Made by a program: the position numbers and the translations under genes
Notes under the pieces: model-generated
Seen by the model: the letters and a program-made list of their open reading frames with translations, nothing else
Databases searched by the model: none
What the model was told of the DNA's origin: nothing
Assembly (NCBI GenBank): GCA_043228905.1
Contig: JBHGNT010000005.1
Coordinates: 7,440,001-7,504,000 of the forward strand
From: Azolla caroliniana
Lineage: Eukaryota > Plantae > Polypodiophyta
DNA length: 64,000 nt
Direction: 5' to 3'
Part shown: positions 36,401 through 49,559 of the stretch, in pieces
How the letters are laid out: each line of letters starts with the position of its first letter
How positions within the stretch are numbered: the first letter of the stretch is position 1

Positions 36401-39400
36401 TTGAGTCCGTCTCGATCCCTTCGCTCGGGGGTGGTCGGGTGGATTAGCACCCTTCTTTCTCTCTCTCCTTTCTATCTATCTATCTATCATTCTTTTATCC
36501 TTATCATATGCTTACATTAGGGCATATCTCTAATATGAACGACCATGCGGCCCTCACCGAGAACTGGAACAACAACGAGCGAAGGAGTGCAAGTGAAGTG
36601 GTCAACTCGACTTCTTCTATTTTGAGAGGGTAAATAGTCGAGGTTGACCCAAAACACAACACAAATGGTAGTGCTAGCAAGAAACCCATGCGATCCCCAC
36701 TAGGAAAGTGACCGGTTGTGACCCCCATCGAAACTAGAAGGTGAGCGATCGAAATCGGTCCCCGCCAACAAAAAGTGGCGCGAGACTTGAATTATAACGA
36801 AAATGCAGTGCAAGCGAGCAATGATCTGATCCCCACCATGAAAGTGAGCGGTTGTGACCCCCACCTGAATTGGGAAGGTGAGCGATCAAAAGCACTCCTC
36901 ACCAAAACCGTGATGCAAAATGATACCTAAAAATGATGACAAGTAGTGTTGATGACGACAATGGTTGGGTGAAGAGGTGCTAAAAATGATGACGTCGAAG
37001 ACAAGGATGTTGATGATGGTTACTCCGAAAGCAAGGACGGTGATGATGGCAACTCTAGAAGCAACAGCTATGACGAAGACGGGTGGTGCTTCCAATCGGA
37101 AGGGATTCAAATTGTCACAGACACACCAACGGAGCATGAAGACAATGATAATGATCAAGGACACAAGATGACTCAAAACATGAATATTGTATTGATGGGT
37201 CAATGACTAGTGTTGAATCCCTTGACAGGGACCAAGGATGTTACAAGCATTTATACAATTTCCGAGATTGAATATCTCTAGAATATACCCATTTAGAATA
37301 TACCAAAGAATAATTCTAGAATATACTAACGACTAGAATATTCTCGAATGTACTATACACTAGACTCTACAATATATATAAGTTCATAATCGAATGTGGA
37401 TAGTTCACAAGAGTTTCCATATGGTTAACACAACACAATCTATTGTGTGTGTTAAAAATCAGAAGATGCCATATGGGAACGCGAAAATACTCTAAGAACT
37501 AACTTCCCTAACTTTCCATTGGAAAAGTGCAATGTTTAAATGAGGGGGACTATGTTATGTATGTTACGGGCATGACCATATAATATCCTGTGGTGAGAAT
37601 GTACCGTAGTATTCTATACACATGGATAAAGTGTGAGGGTTAAACAAGAGTGTAAAGAAGGGGAGGATTACTTTTAATCCTCAGGATTGAGACAACCCAT
37701 TCGCTCGGGGGTGGTCAGGTGGATCAACACCCTTCTTTCTCTCTCTCCTTTCTTATTAATCTATCTTTGTTATCCTTATCATATGCTTACTTTAGAACAT
37801 AACTCTAACAATGTGCTTGGTAGATTCTTTCTTCTTCTCTTTCTGCTTGCGCCTCCGACATCCTTAACCATCTCTAAAGAGTACTTTCCAACAAATGCAT
37901 CTGGGGAAGCCATGTGATACCAATGAACCACAATAGACTTAACTTGATTGCCTTGTTCATCTTTCATCTCAAGAACCTATGGAGCCTATAGATGAAGCTG
38001 CAGAGGACCTCGTAGACCTAGAGGATGTTTTCCCCCCCTCCTAGACTTACTTTTAGATTAGAATATTAAATTTAGAAACTAAAACTTGACATATAACTTG
38101 AACAGTATTAATTGTATAGCTTTTAATTTGACGTAATGCATAATCACGAGTTTTTGTTGTATGTTTTGTTCAACGTATATTTTAGAAACAATCCTTGTAT
38201 AACATGTACAATATTGATTGCACAACTTCCAATTTGATATAATATATAATTTGAGATTTTGTTATATGCCTTGTTCAACGTTTAGTTAAAGTATTATATT
38301 ACCTGTGTATATGTCTAAACTTCTAACTTATAATTTGGATTTATTATTTGTATAATTTGAACATATATAGTTTATGTATTGTATGGGTTGATATATGTTT
38401 AAGTCGTTAATTGTTGGTACATGTTCTTGTTGGTTGGTTAATTGACGCATTGACGGTGCTACATAAAAAAATTGCATAAGAGAATCATTCTAGAGGGTTT
38501 GATATTTAACTTATACACAAATTCCTCATTCATTTAAACGTAATATTGGAACGTTATTGTGTATACTGATTTCATTCAACATTTACGGTGTCACGTGCAT
38601 GTGTCTCTGAAATATTTCTCTTCCACACAATAGGAATTCTTACATGCAATCTCCTCAACTTCCTAAAAGATAAATTATGTGTAAATATAAATAAAAGATA
38701 AGCAAAAGACAATTATTAGAGGGGGTATGATTTATGTATTCCACACAATGACATACATTTTGATTGTTGTGGTTTGAACTTTATACCTTATATAAGATTT
38801 GAGTAAAATATATGACTTAAAATTTTTTGGGGTTGAGTTTATTTACTTCCAAATTTTGGTAAGTTTTTGAAAAGCATGTGCACATGCTTTGTGTCTAATT
38901 TTTTTTTTCCCCAAAAAACACACTACTTCGCATTAGTTAGCAAATAGAAGACAATAGAGTTTACACTGTTGTGAAGATTTTTGGCAACGGTGTGAAAATC
39001 GTGTGGAACGGAGAAAATCAAGAATGAATGGGGCGATGGTTACACTCGTACATTAGCATGTTGTAAATATAAACGAAATGAGAACAACTAAGGCCTAATA
39101 ACATTTTCGTGCATACCAAGGGGTGCAAGTAAGGTTTGAACCTTGCTTCTCCAAGTTAAGACACAATTGACTTACCATTAGGCTAAGTTGTTAGTTGTTA
39201 TACTTTCATCATTGTATTTTTCAAATGTAAATACTCATACATTAGAGCTTGAATGAGAGACATGGTCATCATGCATCACATGCGATGCATGAGCACCAAA
39301 TGGCAATCATGCATCTCATGCATTGTATGCATGTCTTACACCCTCACATGCATCATATGCATGGGGGCATCTATATAAGAAAGAAAGAAGGGGCGATCAA

Positions 39401-40838
39401 TCTATGCATCAATCAAGCTATGTATTGAATCAACATCTTAATATTAAAAAACCTACTTATCTTATTGGTAACTTGTCTTGTTTCTCAACATTGATGTCAA
39501 GGGTTCAAACCCGGAATTGGAATTTCCATCTATCTATGTATCTTAAACACTTCCTCAATTCCCGTCTCTCTCTCTCTCTCTCTCAGCCACATTAGTGCGT
39601 CATTTTGGCTACTACAATTTCATTTTGTGTGATCATTCACTCTATCTTTGGAATTCTCGCCAATAAACCTAAAACGGCTAATTCATCTCCTCCATAACCA
39701 CTAGCGGATAGAGGCTCAGTGCTTGTCTGCGCTTGTGTGACATGCACATCGCGACATTTGGCACATGTGTCACGCACCACGCGACAACGCAAATCCACAA
39801 TGGGATCAACATATACAACTTGGAGGAACAACTCCAAAACTATCAAACAAAAACAACAAAAACTCATCCAGTCCTTAACTCAAACAAAACTGAAATAAAC
39901 CCTATTTTACCCCGACTCTACATCTCCCAACTAACTCTTTTCTAACAACACTATCTGGGTAACATGACTATACTGACCCACGTTTGCGTCTATTGTTGTG
40001 TCTATTAGTGTTGGATGCTAAAATATGGCATTTTTTAACATCTCCCTGGCAAGATATGAAAAAGAGAATGCGACATATTAACTGTTTTTTAATGACTCGG
40101 TGTTTTTGGTTGATCGGCGGTTCCAATGGTTCGCTCATCATGGTTGATCTTGACTTTCACTGCATATAGGCCTCAGCCGAATGTCGTCATCCGAGATGAT
40201 GTCTGATTCTTCCTCAACCAGGCCGGATGGAGCCAAATCAGGTTCATATCATGATGTTGATTCGTTGAAGACCACGTCCCAACTCACCCAAACCGTTCGG
40301 GTAGAAGGGTTGAAGCACTTGTATCCTTTCTATTCGGATGAATATCCCATGAGTATGCATTTCTCCACCTTCAGGTCGAGCTTCTGTCGTTTTTCGTTCG
40401 GGATGTGTACATAGGCTACGCTTCCGAACACTTTTAAGCGTGATGGATTCGGCTTTCTACCAACATAGATCTCATATGGAGTTAGCTCTTGCACTCCATT
40501 AGTGGTACACTAGTTCATCAGATAGACGGTTGTGGATGATGCTTTGGGCCAGTAGAATTTCGGCATACGCTTTTTTATTATCATGGTGCGTGCTACCTCG
40601 AGTATATGCCAATTCGTCCTTTCGGCTACCCCATTCTGTTGTGGCGTGTGTCGACATGAGAACTCTCTCTGTATGCCTTCACCTTGGAGATAGGTGATGA
40701 ATTCGTCAAAGAAGTACTCCTTTCCTCCATCTAACCATAGAGAACGAATATGTCGGCCTGTTTCTTTTTCAACTTAGACTCTTGAGCTTTTGGAAGTGGG
40801 AGATCACTTCACTCTTCTTCTTCATCGGAAAGATCCAA

Positions 40839-41288
40839 TGTTACCCGGCCGACAAAGAAGTTAAAGACCAGAATGTGAAAGGGATGGTTATTCAAAATAT
40901 ATTTTAATTAAGTAGAGTAGATTATAATTATGTAGTGAATGGACGGACCGGAATCGGTATGCTGATCCAGATCCGGACCAGTTCCAAACAGGTGCCGGTT
41001 GGCACCGTTTTGTATGCAGCACCAGTGACCTATATAAAGGCCTGGTTACAATGTAAAACTTTAACGTAGAATTAATATAAGTTTCTTGTTTTATCTTCAA
41101 GTATTGATTACCGTTCTGTATTAATTGTTATATATTACGCTTGTGTTAAGTGAATGCCTTATTGCTAAGTAGCCAATTAAGTCGGATTAATTGTTGTGTC
41201 TTAAGTTATCTCACCGTGACACCCCTTTGCTGAAGTGTCTTCCGGAGACACCCTATGTTAGGCCATTGTCCGGCCCTAAGGATTAACA
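40839..41288 (+). mobile_element. Solo LTR of a relative of the dual-PBS element, inserted in Copia integrase
   Basis: TGTTACC...TTAACA, perfect TSD TCCAA; clear similarity to the reverse complement of 3447-3879 (e.g. TTAGGCCATTGTCCGGCCC, AATTAAGTCGGATTAA); TATATAAAGG. Confidence 0.92.
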
Positions 41289-43198
41289 TCCAAGTCTACC
41301 AGGAGTAGTCGTCGATAAAGGTGATGTAGTACTGGCATCCTCCGATTGTCGACGCTTGAGCCGGCCCCCATACATTCGAGTGGACTATGTTAAGGAGGTT
41401 GTTGCTTATGTGCCTCTCCTTTGGAAATGGGAGGCGATGTTTGCCGAATTGGCATGCTTCACACCTTGTTGACCGTCTTTAACTCAAATGTTGGTGGTTC
41501 GATGATGACTCTCTTTGTTTGCATAGCCCAAAGCCGTTGGAGATTGATGTGGTCGATTCTCTTGAGCCACAACTCGATATCTGACTCGATCTTCAGATCT
41601 TTGGCATACATGGTCGATTTTACCTCGTCCGAATCAAGAATAAACATCCAACATTCACTCTGTCCTCTGGCAATGAGTCGGCCCTTCTTTTCTATGAAGC
41701 AGTTGTCGTTGTTGAACCGAACTTGCATGCCTTGCTCCACGATTTGGCCGACTAAGACCAAATTCTTTGTTATGGTGGGGTGTGTAAGACATTCTCAATG
41801 CAAGTGTTTTTGCTGAAAGGAACATAACCGATGTGCCAAATGGGGTGTGTAGTGTTGTCTCCTGTCTCCACGTAGCCGGGTCGATCTGGACTTCTTAAGT
41901 CATGAAACCATTCTTCATGTGAAGTCATATGATTTGAAGCGCCGGAGTCAACGAACCACACGTCTTCCGAATTAGAGGTGTTAGTGGAGTTGAATGCCAA
42001 CATGGCCTTCGCCTTATGTCACATGACAAACATTCCACCATAGTCTTCAAATTCAGAGTTGGGGGCGTAGTTGGTGAGTTGCCAGCTTGTGGAAGCTGAC
42101 TTGCTTCTTTTCTTTCGACACTCCTCTTCGCAGTGGTTGATCTTCCCATAGTAGTTACAAGTGAATGTCATGTTTTGTCATCCTTGATCGGCATGGATGC
42201 TCCCCCTTCTTCAAAAAGTTCCTCGAATGCTTCCGTCTTCTTTCTAACGGTTTGAGTTCCCTTTGTGAGATAGGCCGAATCGGCCTCTTTTGCCACCGCG
42301 ACCTTGTCCTCGGCCACCATCTGAATTCAAGAAGAATATTTGTCCTTCCGACGTCTTACTCTTGGCTCGAATGTGGTTCTCTGTAACCAATAACATTGAT
42401 TGAAGGTGGAAGAACAAAGGACGGTTTTCCCTTGCAAATATTGTCGTCCTTATCAGATCAAATTGTTGTGCAAGGCCGCCCAAGCACACTTGCACCATTT
42501 CGTCCTCTTCAATGTTTATGTTGTTGTAGCTAAGTGTGTCGCAGATACTCTTGATCTTGCATGTGTAATCTGACACGAACATGTCCTTTTGTCTAATGTT
42601 GTTCAACTATTGCCGGAGTTGAAGCTTGCAAGCGGTCGTGTTGGCGGCGAAGATTTTCCTCAAGTTCTCCCACGCTTCTTTAGGCGTCTTGGCATCTCGA
42701 ATGTGGCTAAGCATGTGATTGTGGACACTTGTTGCCAAACAATACATTATCCGACTTGCTCCTTGCTCCCATGTTGGGTAGTTGGCATTTGTGATGTCAG
42801 GTTTATTTTCGAGGGCGTCGTTGATGTAGCTCCAATACCCTTAGCCAACTAGGTATTGGTTCATCTTGTACTCCTAAAATGGAAATTTGCTCATGTCTAG
42901 CTTTTCACTACTAAGTGAGCTACACATTTATGTGTTCATGTTGATGTAGTGTCTTCCTTTTCAACTTTTTCCTTCTTCGATCACGTACACTTGCTATGTA
43001 GCGACACTATTATAGCGGATAGTCGGAGTTGTCGGCATCTCGAACACACAATCACTATGAGTCGGATGGGCTTAGTGGATATGCTAAACCACACGCTCTA
43101 ATACCATATTAATAATTAGGTAATTAATTAAGGGTTAATTGCTATGTAATTATGTGAGTAGTTAATCACGTAGTGATTAAGCAATGGAAGACTATGTG

Positions 43199-43199
43199 A

Positions 43200-43249
<50 letters not shown>
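43199..43249. repeat. (TG)n(AG)n microsatellite inside the LTR
   Basis: Direct observation. Confidence 0.9.
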
Positions 43250-44349
43250 CTTATGAACGAACACAATGGGGGATGATTAACCCAAGTGTGGCTAGAAGGC
43301 CTTTTCTCTATATTAATAACCATCAACATACAAAAATGTCGACAATGAGGTTTATATACATCTCATGTGCAAAGGTACAAGAATAAAATCCTATTTAAGA
43401 CTTTATAGTCAACGCACTAACTAGATTCTATTTATGTAACTACTAAGTTACATGCTTGACAAAGTGACTAAACCTAGTTGAGTTTGATATCTCAACATGT
43501 TTGATGTAAAATACAAAAGAATCACAAGAACAAAATTCTCATAAAAAAAAGGGATGTAGAAGATCTCCCGGGAGCTTTCGCATGATGCTATAAAAAAATA
43601 TGTTGTTATTGAGGAAAGATTAATTTCAGTAGTTAAATCCGATCACGCATTTGCAAATTGCACTATCCCGATCCCCCTCCCGAGAGGTATCCCCGAAAGG
43701 GGCATATACAGTTCCCGAATGGCGAATCGGTCATTTTATTATGTACATATAATTATGTATTTATCTTTGTCTCTTGTTTTTGAGACATTTCCTGGTTTGA
43801 GATATATAAGGATTGGAAAGCCTCTTTCTTACCCTGCGCTAAGCGCTTTGTAATGGGCACTGGTGGGAAGTGTGGATCGATCCGCCACTGTTCGGCTTGT
43901 TGCAGCCCCACTTGCTGCAGTGTTCCAAAAGAAGGCACTCCCAATTTGCTGGAAATTGAAGATGTTTTCACCTCCTCTTCTGGTGGGATCCCCCTAAGTC
44001 CCTCAGCAATCTTTGTCATGTCAAGCCAACACACTTCACTGCTGCTTGATGAAGACATGTGGTTTCCTCACTCCCAATCTTATGAATCCAACATTAATTA
44101 CCAAACCTCCTCCACCTTCAAATGTGAGCAAACTCAAGCTCACGACAATTGCTGTGCTGTGTCTACCAACAGTAACAATAATAATAGACAGCATTGATGC
44201 ATACGCGTTTCTTTATGTCCTAATGCCAAAGAAGGAGATAGGAGCGGAGTGATTCCTAGTACACCATCCCGAGTATGATGGAAGACGCATCCTCATCGCC
44301 AGTTTTTGGTATGATCTCTTCTCTGTCTTTGTGTTTTTGTTTGTACGTG

Positions 44350-44580
44350 TCCGTATGTACATACATGAATGTATGGTATGGAAGTAATGTGATTTGATAG
44401 TTTAGTTGAATGCAAGCTGCATGGAATCGTATGTGTTTCTATAGATATATCAACAGAAAGGTGTCTATTTGCGTATGTGTACAAGAATGAATGTATATGG
44501 TATGGAAGTAATGTGATTTGATAGATCAATGCAAGTTATGGGGAATCAAATGTGCTTCTATGGATATATCGACAGGATGT
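44350..44580. repeat. Diverged ~120-bp tandem duplication
   Basis: ATGGTATGGAAGTAATGTGATTTGATAG and its downstream sequence occur twice. Confidence 0.7.
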
Positions 44581-44849
44581 AATTTATTTAAAAACTAGTA
44601 ATATGTTTATTTAAAAAATAGTAATATGTTTATTTAAAAAATAATATTACCTGTGAATTAGGGTTCACATTCTCCCTATCTTTTGAAAGAATTCTAGTTA
44701 TAACTATTCCTATTTGAGATTACATTAAATGATTGCATTATCTTTTCACCAAAATTCAGCAATTTGTTGATTTATAGGAGTGTAACTGATGATGAAGATT
44801 GGTTTATCATCTTTGGTTCCTTCTATCAATTTTTTTACATAATATTACT

Positions 44850-47800
44850 TGTAGTTAACATGTTTAGTATTTTCATGATGTTTGGGAACTTCCCATAAGG
44901 TGATACAAGATTGGTTGTCAATCCCTAAGGTGAACTTCAAAATTATTGGTGTACTAATTCTTGTAGCACAGTCGCCTAATAATTCAAAGAGTAATCTTTG
45001 AAGTCATATGCTTTCTTAGTCAGCAGCTATAAATTCTGCTTCAGTTGATGATATGGCAACTGAATTTTGGTTCTTGGGTTTCCAAGATATAGCTCCACCA
45101 GCTGTGGTACAAACATAACCTGTTGTTGAATGTCTTGCATCTTTATCACCATTATAATCAGCATCACACCATCCTTGTAATTGTAAGGCATGATGGGTTT
45201 GATGCTCCGCAGAAACCTTGATAAATGGCCAGTGATATAGCATAAATCTTATTTAGTGCATGGTACAATGTATTTTAGGCTTCCAAAGTCTTTCTCCATA
45301 TGGTTGCCTTTCCATCTCTTTGATCTCTTGAAGGTCCTCGGGAGTCATGTCAGAACTGAGTGAGTTGTGAGGCAGCGGGTATGGATGAAGAGAGATAGAG
45401 AAAAAATGGAGGAGAAGAGAGAGAAAAGAGTGTTATGTTATAACATTAGGGGAACAATACAAACTTCTTAGACTCCAACTAAAAACTCAACTACATAGAA
45501 TTTTTTCCCTTTCTATGACTCTAAACCAAAATAGACTTCCCTTCATGGTTTGAGATCCATCATTTTGTAGTTGTTGAGAATGTCTTTTGTGAACTTTCTT
45601 TGACATAGTTGGATGCTATTATCTGGACCTTGCTTGCCAAGTTGAAATCAATGATGCCTAACTTGTAGTGAAGGGATCCACTATCAGTGATGGAAATGGT
45701 TGTTGTGAGTTCTTCTTTTACATGTTTAATGTTCTCAACTTCATTGCTAATAATCAAAATGTCATCAACATAAACATCTAAATGAGCATGTCGTTACCAT
45801 TGTGTTGTGTTTAGAGGTTTTGTTCTGATCTGAGTCTTTTATATCCTTTGTCGATAAGAAATTGATGTAGCCTATAGCACCAGATTTTACAGGATTGCCT
45901 TAATCCATATAAGTTTTTCTTGAATAAACATATAACTTTAGGACAATCTTGGATATAGAGGTTCAGTTGGGCCACTACACTGATGGTTGTTCTAAAGCTT
46001 ATAACAATGAGCTTGGGAGATAATGTTTCATCAAAATCAATATGTTCTACTTGATTGAAGCCATAAGCAACTAACCTTGTTTTGCTCTAGTTGATTTGGA
46101 TTTAGTTTGCATCTAAGGAGCCATTTGCTTGTGATGAGTTGACAATGATTTGGGTAAGGTACCAAAATGCATGTAACTTTTTCATTTATTGATTCGATTT
46201 CAGGTTTCATAGCCGCCCACCAATGATCTGCTTCCAGAACTTTTATTGCAGCAACTACATTTTGGATTTTGTGTCTAGCATTGTCATTGAGGGGAGGCAT
46301 ACTTGGGTAGAATTGTGGGCTTAAGGAAATATTAAATTTGTGGACAGTGGGTTTGGTGCAAGTTTTCTTGGATATGGAGTTTAAAGAGTGTTGGATGTGG
46401 TGGAAGGGCTTCACATACATTGCTCTTTAGCCTTTCTGAATTGTGTCGAATGGATTTGGATTTGGGCGGGAAACTTGACGACTTTATAGTGAGGTGCTTA
46501 GTGGTGTATGAGTTCGAATAGGTTTGGAGGAAAGTTGTGGACGGATGGGTATTTCAGGAGTGAGCATTGGAATATCATGAGAAAAAAATGGATGATTTGG
46601 AAGACGTTCTTGAGGAAGATATATAAGAGGTACATGTGGTGTGGGTTGTGGCGCATTGTTATTTGCATTAACTATGTGGCTTATTATGTCTAGTGAATCA
46701 TCTAAAGAGTCATCTTCACCAATGGTTAAGTCTTCAAAGTGATTTAGGTATAATTTTCACAAGGAGATTTTTATGCGATGTTGATAAGAAGATAAAGTTT
46801 CATCAAACATCCAACTTTGATTAAATTGGAACTTACATTTTCTAGAGTTATAAAGGAAATATCCTTTCTTCCTGTAACCGTCACCATAGCCAACAAAAAA
46901 TGGCTTGGTTGTGCGATCTTCTAGTTTATTTATTGTCGTATTTGGTACATATGAGTATGCTGTACTATCAAAGATCTTTAGGTGAGAAAGATTAGGTTTG
47001 ATACCTGACCATTTCTCAAATGGTGTTCAGAGCCGAGTGTTGTCATAAGCAACCTGTTTTGTAAGTACCAAGTTGTTGCCTTGACTTCTTCCCAAAAGGA
47101 GTTTGGGCAATCTGAAATCTTCAGCATGGATTGAGCAGCATCCACAAGTGTTCTATTCTTTCTCTCGGCTTTACCATTTTGTTGAGGATGATGTGTTATG
47201 GTTGTCTGATGAAGGATTCCTTGTGATTGTAGTGTGCTATTGAATTCTTTCGAAGTGAATTCGCCTCCATTATCACTTTGTAGGATTTTGTTTTTTTGGG
47301 TTTAATTGGTTTTCTACAAGGTGTTTGTAGGCCACACAATGTGGCAGGGCTTCAGATTTCCTCTGGAAGAAGCTGATGCTGATCAAGAAGTATGTGTAAT
47401 CATCAATAAATGTCAGAAAGTAAAGAGCTCCTGTGATGGAGGGAGTGTGCATTGATTCACATAGATCAGTGTGGATGAGTTGGAAGGGATTTGTTGTGTG
47501 TTAGGATCTTATGAAGGGCTTGAAGAAGATGTGGGTGACCTAATCTGAGATGCCATTTGAGGGTATTTTGGATTGCAGTGTCATGGATTTGATGGGAGGC
47601 ATTACATATTTTGATGCGTGTGATGGGGATTGGTTTTGTGTTTTGAAACAGGCGATTGTATATCATGTGCCCTTTGAGAGTTGGGATTGGATGGGATAAT
47701 AATTGCAGTTGAAGGTGATTGTATTGTCACACCCTTTTATTTGTCTTACTAATAGAAAGTACTTTGTGAGTCCTGGTACAAAGTAGACTTGATGAATTTG

Positions 47801-48560
47801 AAGGTGATTGTTGCAGGTAGATTAATGGTGAGGTACCATATCCTTTAGCTTGTTTGGTGCTGTCATCTCCAAGATGTATGTCTAGAGGTGTGTGGTAAGA
47901 TCTTGGTAGTTCATCAGGTACAATTTGTTGCATGTCATATAATGTATGGCACCAATATTGAGGTACCGAGAAAGTTCTAAACCTGTTGTGTTGGTTTGAT
48001 CTGTATTAAATAAGTACATTTCTTCACCTGATGATGGTGGATTTTGTTGTATGGCATATAATGTGTGGCACCAATATTGAGGTACCAAGAAACTTCTAAA
48101 CCTGTTGTGTTGGATAGATTTGTATTAAATAAGTACAGTTCTTCACCTGATGCCGGTGGATTTTGTTGAATTTGTGCCATCGTAGCTTATGGTCGCCAGC
48201 CTTCTTCACATTGTTTTGTTCGACATTCTCTTTCCAAGTGACCTTGACTCTTGCAGTAATTGCATGTCATTGGTTTGGTGCTTTGATGATTGGATGTGGC
48301 CCTTTACTTGTTTCTACAATCTTTCTCCCAAGGACCCAATTGCAAATAGATGCTCTTTGATTCTGGCTGTTGTAATTATGTTGTGACAAATGGTGCCAGG
48401 TCGGTGGTAGGGCTGCAAAGAGCATCACTGCATGTTTATCTGCGAATCCAAGGCCTGTGATGATGCCTTGTTCTAAAAGTCAGCACCATGATTCTAGAAA
48501 GGTTTCAAAGTCCTCATGGTCGTGCATGCAGAAGAGCATCTGTACAGTGTTGTGAAAGTT
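44850..48560 (-). mobile_element. Old, highly degenerate Copia pol remnant
   Basis: RNase H (GWCDADY, ISWK..Q..VAISSTEAEF) at 45016-45243; RT fragments (DVYVDDIL, ITSKWL); integrase (WHLRLGHP, ERKNRTL); duplicated protease-like WYLNIGATHYM at 47920-48170. Confidence 0.8.
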
Positions 48561-48577
48561 TACCATATCTGCCCAGA

Positions 48578-48648
48578 TGGATGTAGCTCAGTTGGTAAGG
48601 TTGCCGAATGGAGACCAGATGGTCATGGGTTCAACCCCTACATTCCAC
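48578..48648 (+). other. tRNA-derived sequence (SINE head or tRNA pseudogene)
   Basis: A box TAGCTCAGTTGG, B box GGTTCAACCC; ends pair (TGGATGTAG/CTACATTCCA); anticodon arm irregular. Confidence 0.55.
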
Positions 48649-49559
48649 AATGGCATCTAATGAATTAAGAGTATATGAAGTATATAATAGAGAGGTGAGG
48701 AAATTGGGTTTTGAACCCATGATGCAGTGCTTGTAGTGTTAACAACTTACCACTAGGGTAAGGTAATTACTATTAAAAAAAAATACGGGTTTTGATGACA
48801 GGACAATTTTCCTATCCTAGTGATTGATGGAGGTTGATTCTCGTTAGAGGATTGATCAAGAGGTCCACAGGACCCCAAGGTCCCGTAGTCCCCACAATGA
48901 GTGAGGGTGAGGGCTGGTTTCTCGTGGTTCAGAATGTAAACATCCCCCCGCTGAACCCACTGCATCATCTCATGTGGGTGACAGGTGTCTTAACACTTTC
49001 TGAATTGCCGACGACAAGACAATCTGTTTGTTGATCAAAGTCTTGAGCGATTGGGGGTTTCAGTTTGAAATTGTGCTTGCTAACTAAGGTGCTAGTAGCA
49101 AATGACATGAAGCTGAAATTTCGTTCTAGAAAGTGTTTTCCTATGCGTTTCCGCTATTTCTTTCTTATTTTCTTTCATTGTCTGTTTTTTTTATCTGCGA
49201 CTGTTTTGAAGATCTGGTTGTAGGCTCTATAGTTGGCTGCTTGCTTTATTTAGAACTATCCGTATTTTAAATCAATCTTTATTTTACTCGATTCGTAGCT
49301 TTTTTTGATTTTTCGCCTAGAATAATAAAGCAGAAAAGCAAAGAATTGAATAAAATAGACATGAATGTAAAGTACAGATATTTCTAAATAAAGCATGCAG
49401 CCAACCATAGCGTTTATAACAAGATCTTTAAAACAAACTGCCCCCCTTCTCCAAAAAGAGTAGAAGACGAAAGAAAACAGAGAGGAGGAAAGAAAAGCAA
49501 TCGACAGAAGACGAAGAAGAAATCTTGCAGCCACATAGAGAGAGAGAGAGAGAGTTTTG

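Larger units (their letters stand above)
14229..37810 (+). mobile_element. Chromovirus-type Ty3/Gypsy derivative with three LTR copies; outer element of the nest
   Basis: LTRs TGTTACGGGCATG...CTCTAACA at 14229-14685, 18912-36535 (interrupted) and 37562-37810 (internally deleted). TSD ATGTG at 14224-14228 and 37811-37815. Degenerate Met PBS TGGGTATCCGAGCC; PPTs at ~18899-18909 and ~37541-37549. Confidence 0.88.
13915..37967 (-). pseudogene. Unidentified ORF remnant (possibly DNA-transposon derived) split by the 23.6-kb nest; pieces 37811-37967 and 13915-14223
   Basis: Removing 14229-37810 and one ATGTG gives a continuous frame: ...IVVHWYHMASPDAFVGKY...RKNLPST-STLTLNNVDIFVYDFSLTKTSHLRQTTIKIIKE... 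then an acidic Ser-rich tail. Confidence 0.6.
40100..43497 (-). mobile_element. Degenerate, 3'-truncated Copia (5' LTR, gag, protease, integrase), related to the element at the window start
   Basis: LTR ~43107-43497 starting TGTTGAGA on the minus strand; PBS TGGTATTAGAGC at 43095-43106; WFVDSGASNHMT, GQIVEQGMQVRFN, TPQQNGVAER. Left boundary approximate. Confidence 0.88.

Noticed and set aside
37067-37430. Possible solo LTR in the filler
   Set aside because: LTR-like composition, but TG...CA ends and TSD cannot be made consistent, so it is not listed as a feature.
43853-44197. 114-aa Cys/Ser-rich ORF, possible orphan exon
   Set aside because: No recognisable domain or supporting neighbouring exons; cannot be supported from sequence alone.
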